NCBI GenBank assembly: GCA_044433965.1
Contig: JAWXTF010000001.1
Location: 23,912-87,911 of the forward strand
Direction: 5' to 3'
Origin: Rikenellaceae bacterium
Lineage (GTDB): Bacteria > Bacteroidota > Bacteroidia > Bacteroidales > Rikenellaceae
DNA: 64,000 nt
Below, in pieces: positions 9,873 to 19,693 of the stretch. Numbering within the stretch: position 1 is the stretch's first letter; the number at the start of each line of letters is the position of its first letter. The notes beneath the pieces are model-generated. The model saw nothing but the letters and a program-made list of their open reading frames with translations, was not told where the DNA came from and ran no database searches. A program made the position numbers and the translations under genes.

Positions 9873-10508
9873 TGCTTGATTGTTTCTTTCTGTGCGCTTC
9901 TTACTGCCTCCGGCGGGCGGAGATAACACCTCCGCGGGGTGCATACCTTTTTTCTTTCTGTGCGCTTTGGACTGCCTCCGGCGGGCGGGGATAGCACCCC
10001 CGCGGGTGCATACCTTCTTGCGCAGATGTGGTGGGGGCTTTGCCCCCCAACGAGATATCTACTCTGAGGAGCTTATGAAAATGAATTTTCAACGCTCATC
10101 AGAGTAGATATCTCTGTGTCAACCTACGGTTGCCACCACCACATCTGCGAGGTAAACCTCGATTTGGATTTAAATGCCAAAGGCATTTAAAGAATTATAA
10201 AGACCAATGAGTTGTGCAAATGAATTTACGACAACCTATGGTTGCCACCTCAGTATCTGCGAGGTGAACCTCGATTTGGGTTTAAATGCCAAAGGCATTT
10301 AAAGAATTATAAAGACCAATGAGTTGTGCAAATTTATTTGCGGCAACTCATTGGTCTTTATAATCTTAGAGATGCAATCTCTAAGCCCAAAGCGCAAAGG
10401 TACGCACCCGCGGGGGTGCTATCCCCGCCCGCCGGAGGCAGTCAAAAGCGCACAGAAAGAAACAAGCAAGCAGCGCACAGAAAGAAACAAGCAAGCAGCG
10501 TACAGAAG
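9873..10508. repeat. Modular palindromic repeat family, copy 1 (head-to-head composite)
   Basis: Two forward left-end modules (ctgcctccggcgggcggggatagcacccccgcgggtgc) are followed by a reverse-oriented long unit with an internal 112-bp duplication (10120 vs 10232). It sits between convergent genes. Confidence 0.95.
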
Positions 10509-10524
10509 TCAACCCCAACAAGTG

Positions 10525-11412
10525 TTATTTTTCGAATCGATAGTAAGTACCGAGGGGGAGTTCTTTCTCGGAGCGATCTACGAATACGAGTTCGCCGCAG
10601 CTTTCGTGTTTAGCTTCACCAAATGCTTGGCGTAGTGCGGTGCGTGCGAGTGTTGAGGAGAGTCCCATGGAGTATAGGTTTAGTATGACGAAGCTATTTT
10701 GGGGTTCTAAGAGTGCGGCGCAGCACTCCAGCATCTCGCAGATATTCTCTTCCAGCACCCATTTTTCTCCATTTGCACCACGACCATATGCTGGAGGGTC
10801 GAGGATGATGGCACTATATTTATTACCACGACGCACCTCACGTTGCACAAATTTTAGGGCATCCTCCACAATCCAGCGAATACCCTCCAAGCCGCTACTC
10901 TCCATATTCTCGCGGGACCAGCTCACAACCTGCTTCACGGAGTCTACGTGTGTTGTTTCGGCTCCTGCTGCACATGCTGCCAGCGAGGCGCCACCGGTGT
11001 ATGCGAAGAGGTTGAGCACCTTTGGGCGAGTGCCCTTTGCGGAGGCTATCTCGCGGCACTTATCGTATATAAAGTTCCAGTTTGCGGCTTGTTCAGGGAA
11101 TATCCCAACATGCTTGAATGAGGTGAAGGCAAGACGCATTTTGAGGTGCATCTCTTTGTAGTTGTAGCTTATCGACCAGCGCGAGGGCACCGAGCGTCCC
11201 ATGCGCCAGTCGCCTCTCTCCTCGCTGCGTCCGTCGCGCATAAACGAGGCGTCGGCAGCTGCACGCCACTGCTCCTCGCTTAGGCTCTTGCGCCAAATTG
11301 CCTGAGGCTCAGGACGTCGCGTGGTGATATTGCCAAAACGCTCTAACTTCTCAAACTCACCGGAGTCGAGTAACTCGTAGTCGGGAAATGTTGGTGTTAA
11401 ATTCTTATTCAT
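10525..11412 (-). CDS. Class I SAM-dependent methyltransferase (COG1092 / RlmI-RlmK-like)
   Basis: Motifs YELLDSG, FKHVGIFPEQ, VLNLFAYTGG and ILDPPAYGRG. Confidence 0.88.
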   Translation of the reverse strand: MNKNLTPTFPDYELLDSGEFEKLERFGNITTRRPEPQAIWRKSLSEEQWRAAADASFMRDGRSEERGDWRMGRSVPSRWSISYNYKEMHLKMRLAFTSFKHVGIFPEQAANWNFIYDKCREIASAKGTRPKVLNLFAYTGGASLAACAAGAETTHVDSVKQVVSWSRENMESSGLEGIRWIVEDALKFVQREVRRGNKYSAIILDPPAYGRGANGEKWVLEENICEMLECCAALLEPQNSFVILNLYSMGLSSTLARTALRQAFGEAKHESCGELVFVDRSEKELPLGTYYRFEK

Positions 11413-11466
11413 ATTTCTTTTGATAGAGTATTGTTATTTATTAATATTCGAGGATAACAACTCCCC

Positions 11467-13269
11467 TCACACAAGAATTAGATTCATGCGGCACTCCTTG
11501 CAGTCAAAATCGAGACGGTACCGCACTCCGCCCCGTTCAACAAAGAGCTCTCCTTTGAGCTGCGGTCTCTCTTTGAGGCACTCACCAATCTCGCGACGAA
11601 TGCAGTATGAACTCTGCATCACACGTTGCTCGCAAAAGTCGGCTGTTAGGTCGTGCCCCTCGTCGATGCTCGTGGCGCCATGGTCCAAGTAAAACTGACG
11701 CGCTACGGAGTTGACAACATTAAACTCTGGCGAGAGCCTCTTCTCGGGGCACTTAGCCGCCATATTTTCGGCAAATGGAGCTGTCTGCGAGTAGTTCTCC
11801 AGGCGCACGGTGCGAAGTTTATCGAGGGCTTCACGGCGCAAGTCAGCGAGCAGGGAGGAGGCAACAAACCTCACTTCACCCTCCATCACCACGCGCACTA
11901 CATTGAATATGGTGTCGCCACTCTTTGAGAGTTGCATCTTTGCGACCTCCTCCATCTTGGCTACATTGCGAGGCAGGTCAAAGATGCCTTCGCGACCCAC
12001 CACAATCGAGGCACCCGTTATATCGCGGTATATCAGCTCAATGTAGTTCGGGAGAGTACGTAATGTTGCCTCCACCTCAATCGTGCGACGTGTGCGGCTA
12101 CGCTCCAAGGAGTCGTTAAAAGCCTTGTCGAAGTTGCGGAATAGCTCTACGCCATGGGTCAACCCCTCGGTTCGATTTGGTGATATCCACTCACCCTCCA
12201 CACGGTTTATATTTGTCCCCATAAGTCCTGTTTGAGTTACGAAGCAGACCCCATCACCAGCATGTAACTCACTATTGATCTGCAACTTAAAGCAACCTCC
12301 TTTCTGCTGAGTGATTGTGCCTATACGCTCCCCCACCGACTTGGGAGTGTCGAACGAAGCTAACCCTCTGCTCTGCCCCCAAAAGAGATATTCGGACTCT
12401 CCACGTGTGAAGCTTTTGGAGGGGTTTGGTGCAAAATCCAACTTCGAGTCCCCCACCGAAGCCCGCTCCAAGTCGGCTCTTTGCGCCAGCTCCTTGTCGA
12501 GCGCTGCACGGTAGTAGGCAACAATATTTTTGGTGTATCCGAGATCCTTGAGCCGCCCCTCAATCTTGAATGAAGAGACTCCAACGTCGAGCATAGCGCC
12601 AATTTGAGCTGATAGATTTAGATCTCGCACCGAGAGTAAATGTTTGTTTTCGAGTATCTTAGCACCCTCAGCATCACACAAGTCGTAGCTTAGCCTACAA
12701 GGCTGACTGCACTCGCCACGGTTTCCACTACGCTCCGAGAGCGAGCGAGATAGGTAGCAGCGACCACTATGACCCACACATATTGCGCCATGGACAAATG
12801 CCTCTAACTCCACATCTGTAGCTTTGGCGATAGCCTCAATTTGGCTTAACGAAAGGGCTCGTTCGAGCACAACTCTCGAAAAACCGCACTTCTCCAAGAA
12901 GCGCACCCCTTCGGGAGTCATATTGCACATCTGGGTCGAGGCGTGGAGGTCGACACCAAGGTTCATGCGAGCAAAAGCCATATCTTGGACAATAAGAGCG
13001 TCGACACCAGTAGCGACAATCTCGCGCGCAGTAGCCTCAGCCTCACGTAGTTCGGATTCGAAGAGCAGAGTATTGAGCGTGCAGTGTACCCTCACACCAT
13101 AGGCATGGGCATACTCCACCACAGCGGCGATATCGTCGATAGAGTTCGACGCAGCATGACGCGCACCAAACTTGGCACCACCTATATATACAGCATCCGC
13201 TCCGTAGTCAATGGCAGCAAACGCCGACTCTCGACTCTTAGCGGGTGCCAAAAGCTCAATTTTCTTCAT
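11467..13269 (-). CDS. U32 family Fe-S protein with long C-terminal (DUF3656-like) region, RlhA-like
   Basis: IELLAPA start; HGAICVGHSGRC...NRGECSQPCR; LLSVRDL; KIEGR; 600 aa, ending in a CxxC. Confidence 0.85.
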   Translation of the reverse strand: MKKIELLAPAKSRESAFAAIDYGADAVYIGGAKFGARHAASNSIDDIAAVVEYAHAYGVRVHCTLNTLLFESELREAEATAREIVATGVDALIVQDMAFARMNLGVDLHASTQMCNMTPEGVRFLEKCGFSRVVLERALSLSQIEAIAKATDVELEAFVHGAICVGHSGRCYLSRSLSERSGNRGECSQPCRLSYDLCDAEGAKILENKHLLSVRDLNLSAQIGAMLDVGVSSFKIEGRLKDLGYTKNIVAYYRAALDKELAQRADLERASVGDSKLDFAPNPSKSFTRGESEYLFWGQSRGLASFDTPKSVGERIGTITQQKGGCFKLQINSELHAGDGVCFVTQTGLMGTNINRVEGEWISPNRTEGLTHGVELFRNFDKAFNDSLERSRTRRTIEVEATLRTLPNYIELIYRDITGASIVVGREGIFDLPRNVAKMEEVAKMQLSKSGDTIFNVVRVVMEGEVRFVASSLLADLRREALDKLRTVRLENYSQTAPFAENMAAKCPEKRLSPEFNVVNSVARQFYLDHGATSIDEGHDLTADFCEQRVMQSSYCIRREIGECLKERPQLKGELFVERGGVRYRLDFDCKECRMNLILV

Positions 13270-13288
13270 TACACCTAACTATTTTTTG

Positions 13289-13347
13289 CAAAGGTAGAAA
13301 CTTAGTTGGTAAGAGCCTACGCATTTGCCATTTTTTTTATAACTTTG
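13289..13347. promoter_or_regulatory. Divergent Bacteroidota sigma-A -7 boxes (U32 gene / serS)
   Basis: TACCTTTG on the minus strand (13289-13296) and TAACTTTG on the plus strand (13340-13347, with TTTG at 13324) both match TAnnTTTG. Confidence 0.6.
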
Positions 13348-13388
13348 CAGATTATAATGCAAAATTCAATCAAAAGATATAATCAGAG

Positions 13389-14660
13389 ATGTTAACACTC
13401 AAACAATTAAGAGATGACCGCCAAGCAGCTATCGAGCGTTTGGCTAAAAAAGGCGTAGATGCCGCACCAATCATCGACAAGATAGAGTCCCTTGACGACC
13501 GTCGTAAAGCTATCCAACAAGAGTTGGACAGCGCACTTGCCGACCAAAACAGAGCAGCAAAGTCAATAGGTATGTTGATGGGTCAAGGCAAAAAAGAGGA
13601 GGCTGAGGCCGCTAAAGCCGAGGTTGCTCAATCGAAAGTACGTTCAGCAGAATTGGCTGAAGAGGCTAAAACAATCGCCGACGAGTTGCAAGCGACAATC
13701 GTATTGTTGCCAAACTTCCCTGCCGAGATCGTTCCCGAGGGACGCACAGCCGAGGACAACTTAGTGGTGAAACTTGCCGAAGATCACGTAGAACTTCCCC
13801 AAAATGCACTTCCCCACTGGGAGCTCGCTCGCAAATACGACATCATCGACTTCGACCTGGGCGTAAAGCTCACCGGTGCCGGATTCCCAGTCTACAAAGG
13901 CAAGGGCGCTCGCCTTCAACGTGCTCTCATCAACTTCTTCCTCGACTGCAACACCGCCGCTGGCTACCAAGAGATTGAGCCTCCAGTGATGGTCAACGAG
14001 GCTTCAGGATTTGGTACTGGTCAATTGCCCGACAAAGAGGGACAGATGTACCACTCAACAGCCGACAACCTCTACTTAGTGCCTACAGCCGAGGTTCCCG
14101 TAACCAATATCTTCCGCGATGTGATTCTCGATGAGAAGGATTTCCCAGTGAAGATGACTGCATACACTCCATGCTTCCGCCGTGAGGCAGGTTCATATGG
14201 TAAGGATGTACGTGGTCTCAACCGCCTACACCAATTCGATAAGGTCGAGATCGTGCAACTTGCACTCCCCGAGAACTCATACGAGGCTCTCGACAAGATG
14301 GTCGAACACGTTGAGTCAATCGTCAAAAAACTTGGTTTGCCCTACCGCATCTTGCGCCTTTGCGCTGGCGATATGTCATTCACATCGGCCCTAACATACG
14401 ACTTCGAGGTCTACTCAGCTGCTCAAGAACGCTGGTTAGAGGTCTCCTCGGTATCTAACTTCGAATCTTTCCAAGCAAACAGACTTAAGCTTCGCTACAA
14501 AGATTCTAACAAAAAGAGCCAATTGGCACACACCCTTAACGGTTCTTCGTTAGCTTTACCACGAATTGTGGCAGCACTTTTGGAGAACTACCAAACAGAG
14601 GATGGAATTAAGATCCCTGAAGCTCTAATTCCTTACACAGGTTTTGATATTATAAAATAA
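13389..14660 (+). CDS. serS: Seryl-tRNA synthetase
   Basis: N-terminal coiled coil; motifs YLVPTAEVP, FRREAGSYGKD, HQFDKVE, EVSSVSN and HTLNGS. Confidence 0.98.
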   Translation: MLTLKQLRDDRQAAIERLAKKGVDAAPIIDKIESLDDRRKAIQQELDSALADQNRAAKSIGMLMGQGKKEEAEAAKAEVAQSKVRSAELAEEAKTIADELQATIVLLPNFPAEIVPEGRTAEDNLVVKLAEDHVELPQNALPHWELARKYDIIDFDLGVKLTGAGFPVYKGKGARLQRALINFFLDCNTAAGYQEIEPPVMVNEASGFGTGQLPDKEGQMYHSTADNLYLVPTAEVPVTNIFRDVILDEKDFPVKMTAYTPCFRREAGSYGKDVRGLNRLHQFDKVEIVQLALPENSYEALDKMVEHVESIVKKLGLPYRILRLCAGDMSFTSALTYDFEVYSAAQERWLEVSSVSNFESFQANRLKLRYKDSNKKSQLAHTLNGSSLALPRIVAALLENYQTEDGIKIPEALIPYTGFDIIK

Positions 14661-14711
14661 AACAGTATATTTGTTTTATCAATTATTTACTAACAAATAA
14701 AATTCAAGAAA

Positions 14712-14882
14712 ATGGCTTACAAAATTAATCCTGACGGTTGCGTTGCATGCGGCACATGCATCGACGAATGTCCAGTAGAGGCTATCTCAGCTGGTGATGT
14801 TTACATGATCGACGCTTCAGCTTGTATCGATTGCGGTGCTTGCGCTGGCGTGTGCCCTTCTGAGTGCATCGAGGCTGAATAG
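14712..14882 (+). CDS. 2[4Fe-4S] ferredoxin, 56 aa (absent from the ORF track)
   Basis: Manual translation MAYKINPDGCVACGTCIDECPVEAISAGDVYMIDASACIDCGACAGVCPSECIEAE* has two CxxCxxCxxxCP motifs. An upstream TATATTTG box lies at 14666-14673. Confidence 0.96.
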   Translation: MAYKINPDGCVACGTCIDECPVEAISAGDVYMIDASACIDCGACAGVCPSECIEAE

Positions 14883-14900
14883 TTATCGACACATTCACAC

Positions 14901-14937
14901 AAAAACGACTTCCATTCTGTGGTAGTCGTTTTTTTTG
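14901..14937 (+). terminator. Intrinsic terminator after the ferredoxin
   Basis: Stem aaaaacgact(t)cca / tgg(t)agtcgttttt with a T-tract. Confidence 0.75.
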
Positions 14938-14940
14938 GTG

Positions 14941-15569
14941 CTTGCTTGGTGGTTGGTTGGTTGGTTGGTTGGTTGGTTGGTTGGTTGGTTGGTTGCTGCT
15001 TGCTGTGCGCTTCTCACTGCCTCCGGCGGGCGGGGATAGCACCCCCGCGGGTGCATACCTTTTGCGCTTTGGGCTTAGAGATTGCATCTCTAAGATAATA
15101 AAGACCAAAGAGTTGACGCAAATTCATTTGCACAACTCTTTGGTCTTTATTATTCTTTAAATGCCTACGGCATTTAAACCCAAATCGAGGTTCACCTCGC
15201 TGATGTTGAGGTAGCAACCATAGGTTGACACACAAAATCTGTATTGAAAGTTTATTCTCAAGCCCAAATCAAGGTGAACCTCGCTGATGTGGTGGTGGCA
15301 ACCGAAGGTTGACACAGAGATATCTATTATGAGGAGCGTTGAAAGTTCACTTTCAAAAGCTCATCATAATAGATATCTCGCAGAGGGGCAAAGCCCCCAC
15401 CACATAAGCGCAACAAAAAAAGTCAAAAACGAAGTTTTTGGATCCAAGCTAAGCTTGGTGCCGCGCGGCATGAGCGCAATAAGCAAGCAAACCCCAAAGC
15501 ACCCAAAGCACCCAAAGCACCCAAAGCACCCCAAAGCAAAGCCCCACCCCACGAGCGCAATAAGCAAGC
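14941..15569 (+). repeat. Modular palindromic repeat family, copy 2, with (GGTT)11 and (CCCAAAGCA)5 flanks
   Basis: Near-complete forward unit at about 15001-15490; GGTT x11 at 14951-14994; 9-mer array at 15493-15538. Confidence 0.95.
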
Positions 15570-15592
15570 TATTATTCAAGCAATTGTCCTAC

Positions 15593-16159
15593 CTACTCGG
15601 CGTCACTATTCTTAAACAGATCCACCTCGCCACGTTCAACTTTGCCATAGATTGACGAGAGTTCGGCTATAACTGGTGATATATATTCGATGGTGTCGAC
15701 TACAGCTCCTTTGCCTCCATCGCCCTTTATGCGGTATAGCATAGCGGCGTAGAGGGCTCTGAAAGCGAGTTCGGTGTCGGAAACGTCGCTACCAAATAGT
15801 GCACGGAGGTCGGGCATAACCTCCGCGAGGCGTGCCACGAGGGTTCTGTATCGGGCACCTATTGGTAGTTCGAGCAGTTGCAGGTGGAGGTTGTGGAGGT
15901 CAGCAATTAGGTGTAACGAATGTTCGATGTGACCCTTCTCCTCCTTGCCCTCCTTTTGGAGTAGCTGCACAAGTTCCATATACCATGTAAGCAGCATTGA
16001 GCAGCTCTCTTGGTCGAGCGAGGAGGTGCGAGGAGCTACAAACTGCGAGTAGATAGCCTCGGGGCTAAACTGCAAAGCACGGAACATATCCTCTAACTGC
16101 CATAGGTAGAGGATATATTCGGCAATATTGGTACGTCGTAGCGACTGAGCGGTATCCAT
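15593..16159 (-). CDS. DUF4924-family conserved Bacteroidota protein
   Basis: Motifs NIAEYILYLWQLED and EKGHI. Its start overlaps the proS stop. Confidence 0.75.
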   Translation of the reverse strand: MDTAQSLRRTNIAEYILYLWQLEDMFRALQFSPEAIYSQFVAPRTSSLDQESCSMLLTWYMELVQLLQKEGKEEKGHIEHSLHLIADLHNLHLQLLELPIGARYRTLVARLAEVMPDLRALFGSDVSDTELAFRALYAAMLYRIKGDGGKGAVVDTIEYISPVIAELSSIYGKVERGEVDLFKNSDAE

Positions 16160-17643
16160 TAGTAGCTACGAGCAAAGAGCACACGGAACTTCGAAGGCTT
16201 GCCACTGAAGATGCACTTACCCTCCTCCTCTTCGACCTCCATAGGGATACAACGTATAGTAGCCTTACAAGCATCTTTGATTGCCTGTTCGGTCTCGGGG
16301 GTACCATCCCAGTGAGCAGATACGAAACCACCCTTGTTGTCGAGTGTCGAGATGAACTCATCCCATGAGTCAACCTTGGTAATCATGCTGTCACGGAACG
16401 AAAGCGATTTCGAGAATATGTTCTCTTGGATCTCGTCCATAAGTGCTACAATACGTTCTGTGAGACCCTCTTGCGATACATTCTCCTTGGTGAGAGTATC
16501 GCGGCGAGCCAACTCGATAGTATTATTTTCGAGGTCACGGGGTCCGATTGCGAGACGTACTGGAACTCCCTTAAGCTCATATTCGGCAAATTTAAATCCT
16601 GAGCGGATGTTGTCACGGTCGTCGATCTTCACGGTAAGACCTGCTGCACGAAGCGGCTCTGCGATAGCCTCCATCTTTTGGCGCATGATCTCAAGCTGCT
16701 CCTCACCCTTAAAGATAGGTACCATAACTACGTGAATAGGAGCCAATTTTGGAGGCAATACCAAACCGTTGTTGTCGGAGTGAGCCATGATAAGTGCACC
16801 CATCAAACGGGTCGAAACGCCCCACGATGTAGCCCACACATAGTCGCTCTTACCCTCTTTATTAGTAAATTGCACGTCAAACGCCTTGGCGAAGTTTTGA
16901 GCCAAGAAGTGCGAAGTACCGCTCTGTAGAGCCTTACCATCTTGCATAAGTGCCTCGATGGTGAGGGTATCCTCGGCACCTGCAAAACGCTCGTTAGGTG
17001 ACTTATGTCCTACTATGACTGGAAGCGCCATCCACTCCTGCGCAAATTTTTGGTATACGTGGATCATCTTTTCGGTCTCCTCGATAGCCTCCTCACGAGT
17101 TGCGTGAGCAGTGTGACCCTCCTGCCAAAGGAACTCGGCAGTACGTAGAAAAAGACGTGTACGCATCTCCCAACGAACTACGTTTGCCCACTGGTTGCAG
17201 AGGATAGGTAGGTCGCGGTATGATTGAATCCAGTTCTTGTATGTGTTCCAAATGATAGTCTCAGATGTTGGGCGAACGATAAGTTCCTCCTCCAACTTTG
17301 CATCGGGATCAACTACTACTCCCTTGCCATCTGGGTCATTCTTAAGGCGGTAGTGGGTAACTACAGCGCACTCCTTAGCGAAACCCTCGACGTGAGAGGC
17401 CTCGCGTGAGAAGAATGACTTGGGGATAAAGAGTGGGAAGTAGGCATTCTGGTGACCTGTGTCCTTAAACATCTTGTCGAGTGCCGCCTGCATCTTCTCC
17501 CAAATCGCATAGCCGTAAGGTTTGATAACCATACATCCACGCACAGCCGAGTTCTCGGCTAAGCCCGCCTTAACGACTAATTCGTTGTACCATTGCGAGT
17601 AGTTGTCCTCAATCTTGGTGAGGTCCTTTAATTCTTTTGCCAT
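16159..17643 (-). CDS. proS: Prolyl-tRNA synthetase (archaeal/eukaryal type)
   Basis: Motifs [36 protein letters not shown] and ATIRCIP. Confidence 0.98.
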   Translation of the reverse strand: MAKELKDLTKIEDNYSQWYNELVVKAGLAENSAVRGCMVIKPYGYAIWEKMQAALDKMFKDTGHQNAYFPLFIPKSFFSREASHVEGFAKECAVVTHYRLKNDPDGKGVVVDPDAKLEEELIVRPTSETIIWNTYKNWIQSYRDLPILCNQWANVVRWEMRTRLFLRTAEFLWQEGHTAHATREEAIEETEKMIHVYQKFAQEWMALPVIVGHKSPNERFAGAEDTLTIEALMQDGKALQSGTSHFLAQNFAKAFDVQFTNKEGKSDYVWATSWGVSTRLMGALIMAHSDNNGLVLPPKLAPIHVVMVPIFKGEEQLEIMRQKMEAIAEPLRAAGLTVKIDDRDNIRSGFKFAEYELKGVPVRLAIGPRDLENNTIELARRDTLTKENVSQEGLTERIVALMDEIQENIFSKSLSFRDSMITKVDSWDEFISTLDNKGGFVSAHWDGTPETEQAIKDACKATIRCIPMEVEEEEGKCIFSGKPSKFRVLFARSY

Positions 17644-17679
17644 CTTTGTATCTTTTAATTTTAATTTCTTTTTGTGGGA

Positions 17680-17821
17680 TGCTTTCTCTGCTTTTAGGAC
17701 TGCTTGCTGCGGTTGCCTTCTCTGCTTTTCGGACTCTCTCCCAGGGGTGGAGTTATTATTGCGAATTTAGTTTTTAGAGACCAAATTCGAGGTTCACCTC
17801 GTCTCCTTTGTGGTGGTAACC
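17680..17821 (+). repeat. Degenerate fragment of the modular repeat family (copy 3)
   Basis: ccaaattcgaggttcacctcg...gtggtggtaacc resembles the family module ccaaatcgaggttcacctcgctgatgtggtggtggcaacc. It overlaps the stop of the upstream minus-strand ORF. Confidence 0.55.
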
Positions 17822-18027
17822 CTCTCAATAGTATCACTCTTAAGCGTATCGCACTTAAGCGTGTCACTCTTAAGCGCGTCAAGCTGAACACTATCAACCT
17901 CATCAGCTTTCCACTCAAACAGCTCTGCGGGGAGCATCGAGGTGTAGCCGCCACGATTGAGCACCACAAATGTTGCTACACCTACCACTGCAATTGTGAG
18001 CAGCACCCTAAGTAGTCGCGAGATCAT
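17794..18027 (-). CDS. Small hypothetical membrane-anchored protein, 77 aa
   Basis: N-terminal hydrophobic helix and D(T/A)LK(S/C) repeats; the start overlaps the S41 protease stop. Confidence 0.55.
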   Translation of the reverse strand: MISRLLRVLLTIAVVGVATFVVLNRGGYTSMLPAELFEWKADEVDSVQLDALKSDTLKCDTLKSDTIERVTTTKETR

Positions 18028-19682
18028 AGCTCAACCTCCATTTCCTCTTTCTCCTCTTCGAGAGTCTCTATTGCTTTGAGAATCACTACATCGACCGGGT
18101 ATATACTGTGGTAGAACGCATCATCATCGAGAGGTGTGTTGCGACCTATGTATGCTTTGAGCTGCGCCTCCAATATCTTCTGTGAGCGGCGAATATCACT
18201 CCAATTAGCCTTGACGCCATTGCGTGAAGCATATGCCACGAAGTCCGTCAAGAGAGTTTTGTCGCTCATAAGCAGTGAGTCGAGCTCCTCGATACTCTTC
18301 ACCGCATTGATCGCCTCACGGTGGGCATCAGCATACTTGGTGGTATAGTTGTAGAGGATGTTGCGAGCCGACACCTCTATATAATATTTGGTGATGTCGG
18401 CAGTATCGACTGGCACAAAGATATCGGGCATGATTCCGCCACCGCCATAGACCACTTTGCCTTTGGGTGTCACCTTCTTGAGGGAGTCAACAAAGTGGAT
18501 GCTGTCAGCCACAAAGAGCTCGCCCATGGCATATCTATTTACCAAATCCTCAGCATATTGCTCCCCTTTGCCATTGGTATAGCTCTTTTGTATTGAGCGA
18601 CCTGTAGGGGTGTAGTAGCGCGCAATGGTGAGTCGCATAGCCGAGCCATCCCCAAAGGGTATCTGCTGTTGAACCAGACCTTTGCCATAGGAGCGGCGAC
18701 CGATTATCGTTCCACGGTCATTATCTTGGATTGCACCAGCCAAGATCTCACTCGAAGAGGCACTATTCTCGTCTATCAAGATAGCGATATCGAGCTCCGT
18801 GATGCGTCCCTTGCCGTTGCTATACTCTTTTTGTTGGTTGCCTGCACGATCTTCGGTGTAGACAATAAGGTTGTTTGCAGGGAGTAGCTCATTGGCAATC
18901 GAGATTGCTTGATCGAGGTAGCCACCTGAGTTGCCCCTAAGGTCGAGCATGAGTGATTTGAGACCTTGAGCCTTCAACTTATTTATCGCCTCCACCAACT
19001 CGGTGTGTGTGGTGCGAGCAAACTGCAACATCTTGATATAACCGATTGAGTCACGCAGGATTATAGCGGATTGAATACTCTTTATTGGAATCACCCCACG
19101 AGTAACCTCCACCTCCAACAACTCGCCAGCACCTTGACGCTCCACGCCCAATTTGACTGTTGTACCACGCTTGCCACGCAGAAGTTTCATGACGTCATCC
19201 TGGGGGAATTTGACACCTGCCACAAGTGAATCGTTGATCTCGACAATACGATCGCCACCCCTCATGCCTGCCTTATCGCTTGGACCTGCTGGGATTACGT
19301 TGATTACGATGACCGTATCGGTAGCCATATTAAAGACCACGCCAATACCATCGAACTCACCCTCCAATGACTCATTCATCCCCTGCATATCCTTGGCAGG
19401 AATATATATCGAGTGGGGGTCGAGCTCCTCGAAGATATGTGGCATAACAAGCTCCGTGAGTGAGTCCAGCGATACTGAATCAACATAGTGCTGCTCAATA
19501 AAGGAGAGGGTAGATGATATCTTATCGCCCTTGGGTGTATTACCCAAGATGGCGGTTAGCTGCATAAGTTTCGAGTTGTAGCTCCTCTGCTCAAGCAGAC
19601 GACCACCGATAACACCCGCAAGTGTGGCAAAGAGCAGTAATAGAGGAGTAAGTAGCCTCCAACGAGAAGAGTGTGAACTCAT
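18024..19682 (-). CDS. S41A C-terminal processing protease (PDZ + catalytic domain)
   Basis: Motifs LDPHS, FDGIG, LDLRGNSGG, ENSASSSEI and SYGKGLVQ. Confidence 0.93.
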   Translation of the reverse strand: MSSHSSRWRLLTPLLLLFATLAGVIGGRLLEQRSYNSKLMQLTAILGNTPKGDKISSTLSFIEQHYVDSVSLDSLTELVMPHIFEELDPHSIYIPAKDMQGMNESLEGEFDGIGVVFNMATDTVIVINVIPAGPSDKAGMRGGDRIVEINDSLVAGVKFPQDDVMKLLRGKRGTTVKLGVERQGAGELLEVEVTRGVIPIKSIQSAIILRDSIGYIKMLQFARTTHTELVEAINKLKAQGLKSLMLDLRGNSGGYLDQAISIANELLPANNLIVYTEDRAGNQQKEYSNGKGRITELDIAILIDENSASSSEILAGAIQDNDRGTIIGRRSYGKGLVQQQIPFGDGSAMRLTIARYYTPTGRSIQKSYTNGKGEQYAEDLVNRYAMGELFVADSIHFVDSLKKVTPKGKVVYGGGGIMPDIFVPVDTADITKYYIEVSARNILYNYTTKYADAHREAINAVKSIEELDSLLMSDKTLLTDFVAYASRNGVKANWSDIRRSQKILEAQLKAYIGRNTPLDDDAFYHSIYPVDVVILKAIETLEEEKEEMEVEL

Positions 19683-19693
19683 ATTCTAATTTA

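Noticed and set aside
4764-13269. Collagenase/protease label for the two U32 proteins
   Set aside because: Both retain the Fe-S-binding Cys cluster typical of U32 hydroxylases, and the protease label is a legacy annotation.
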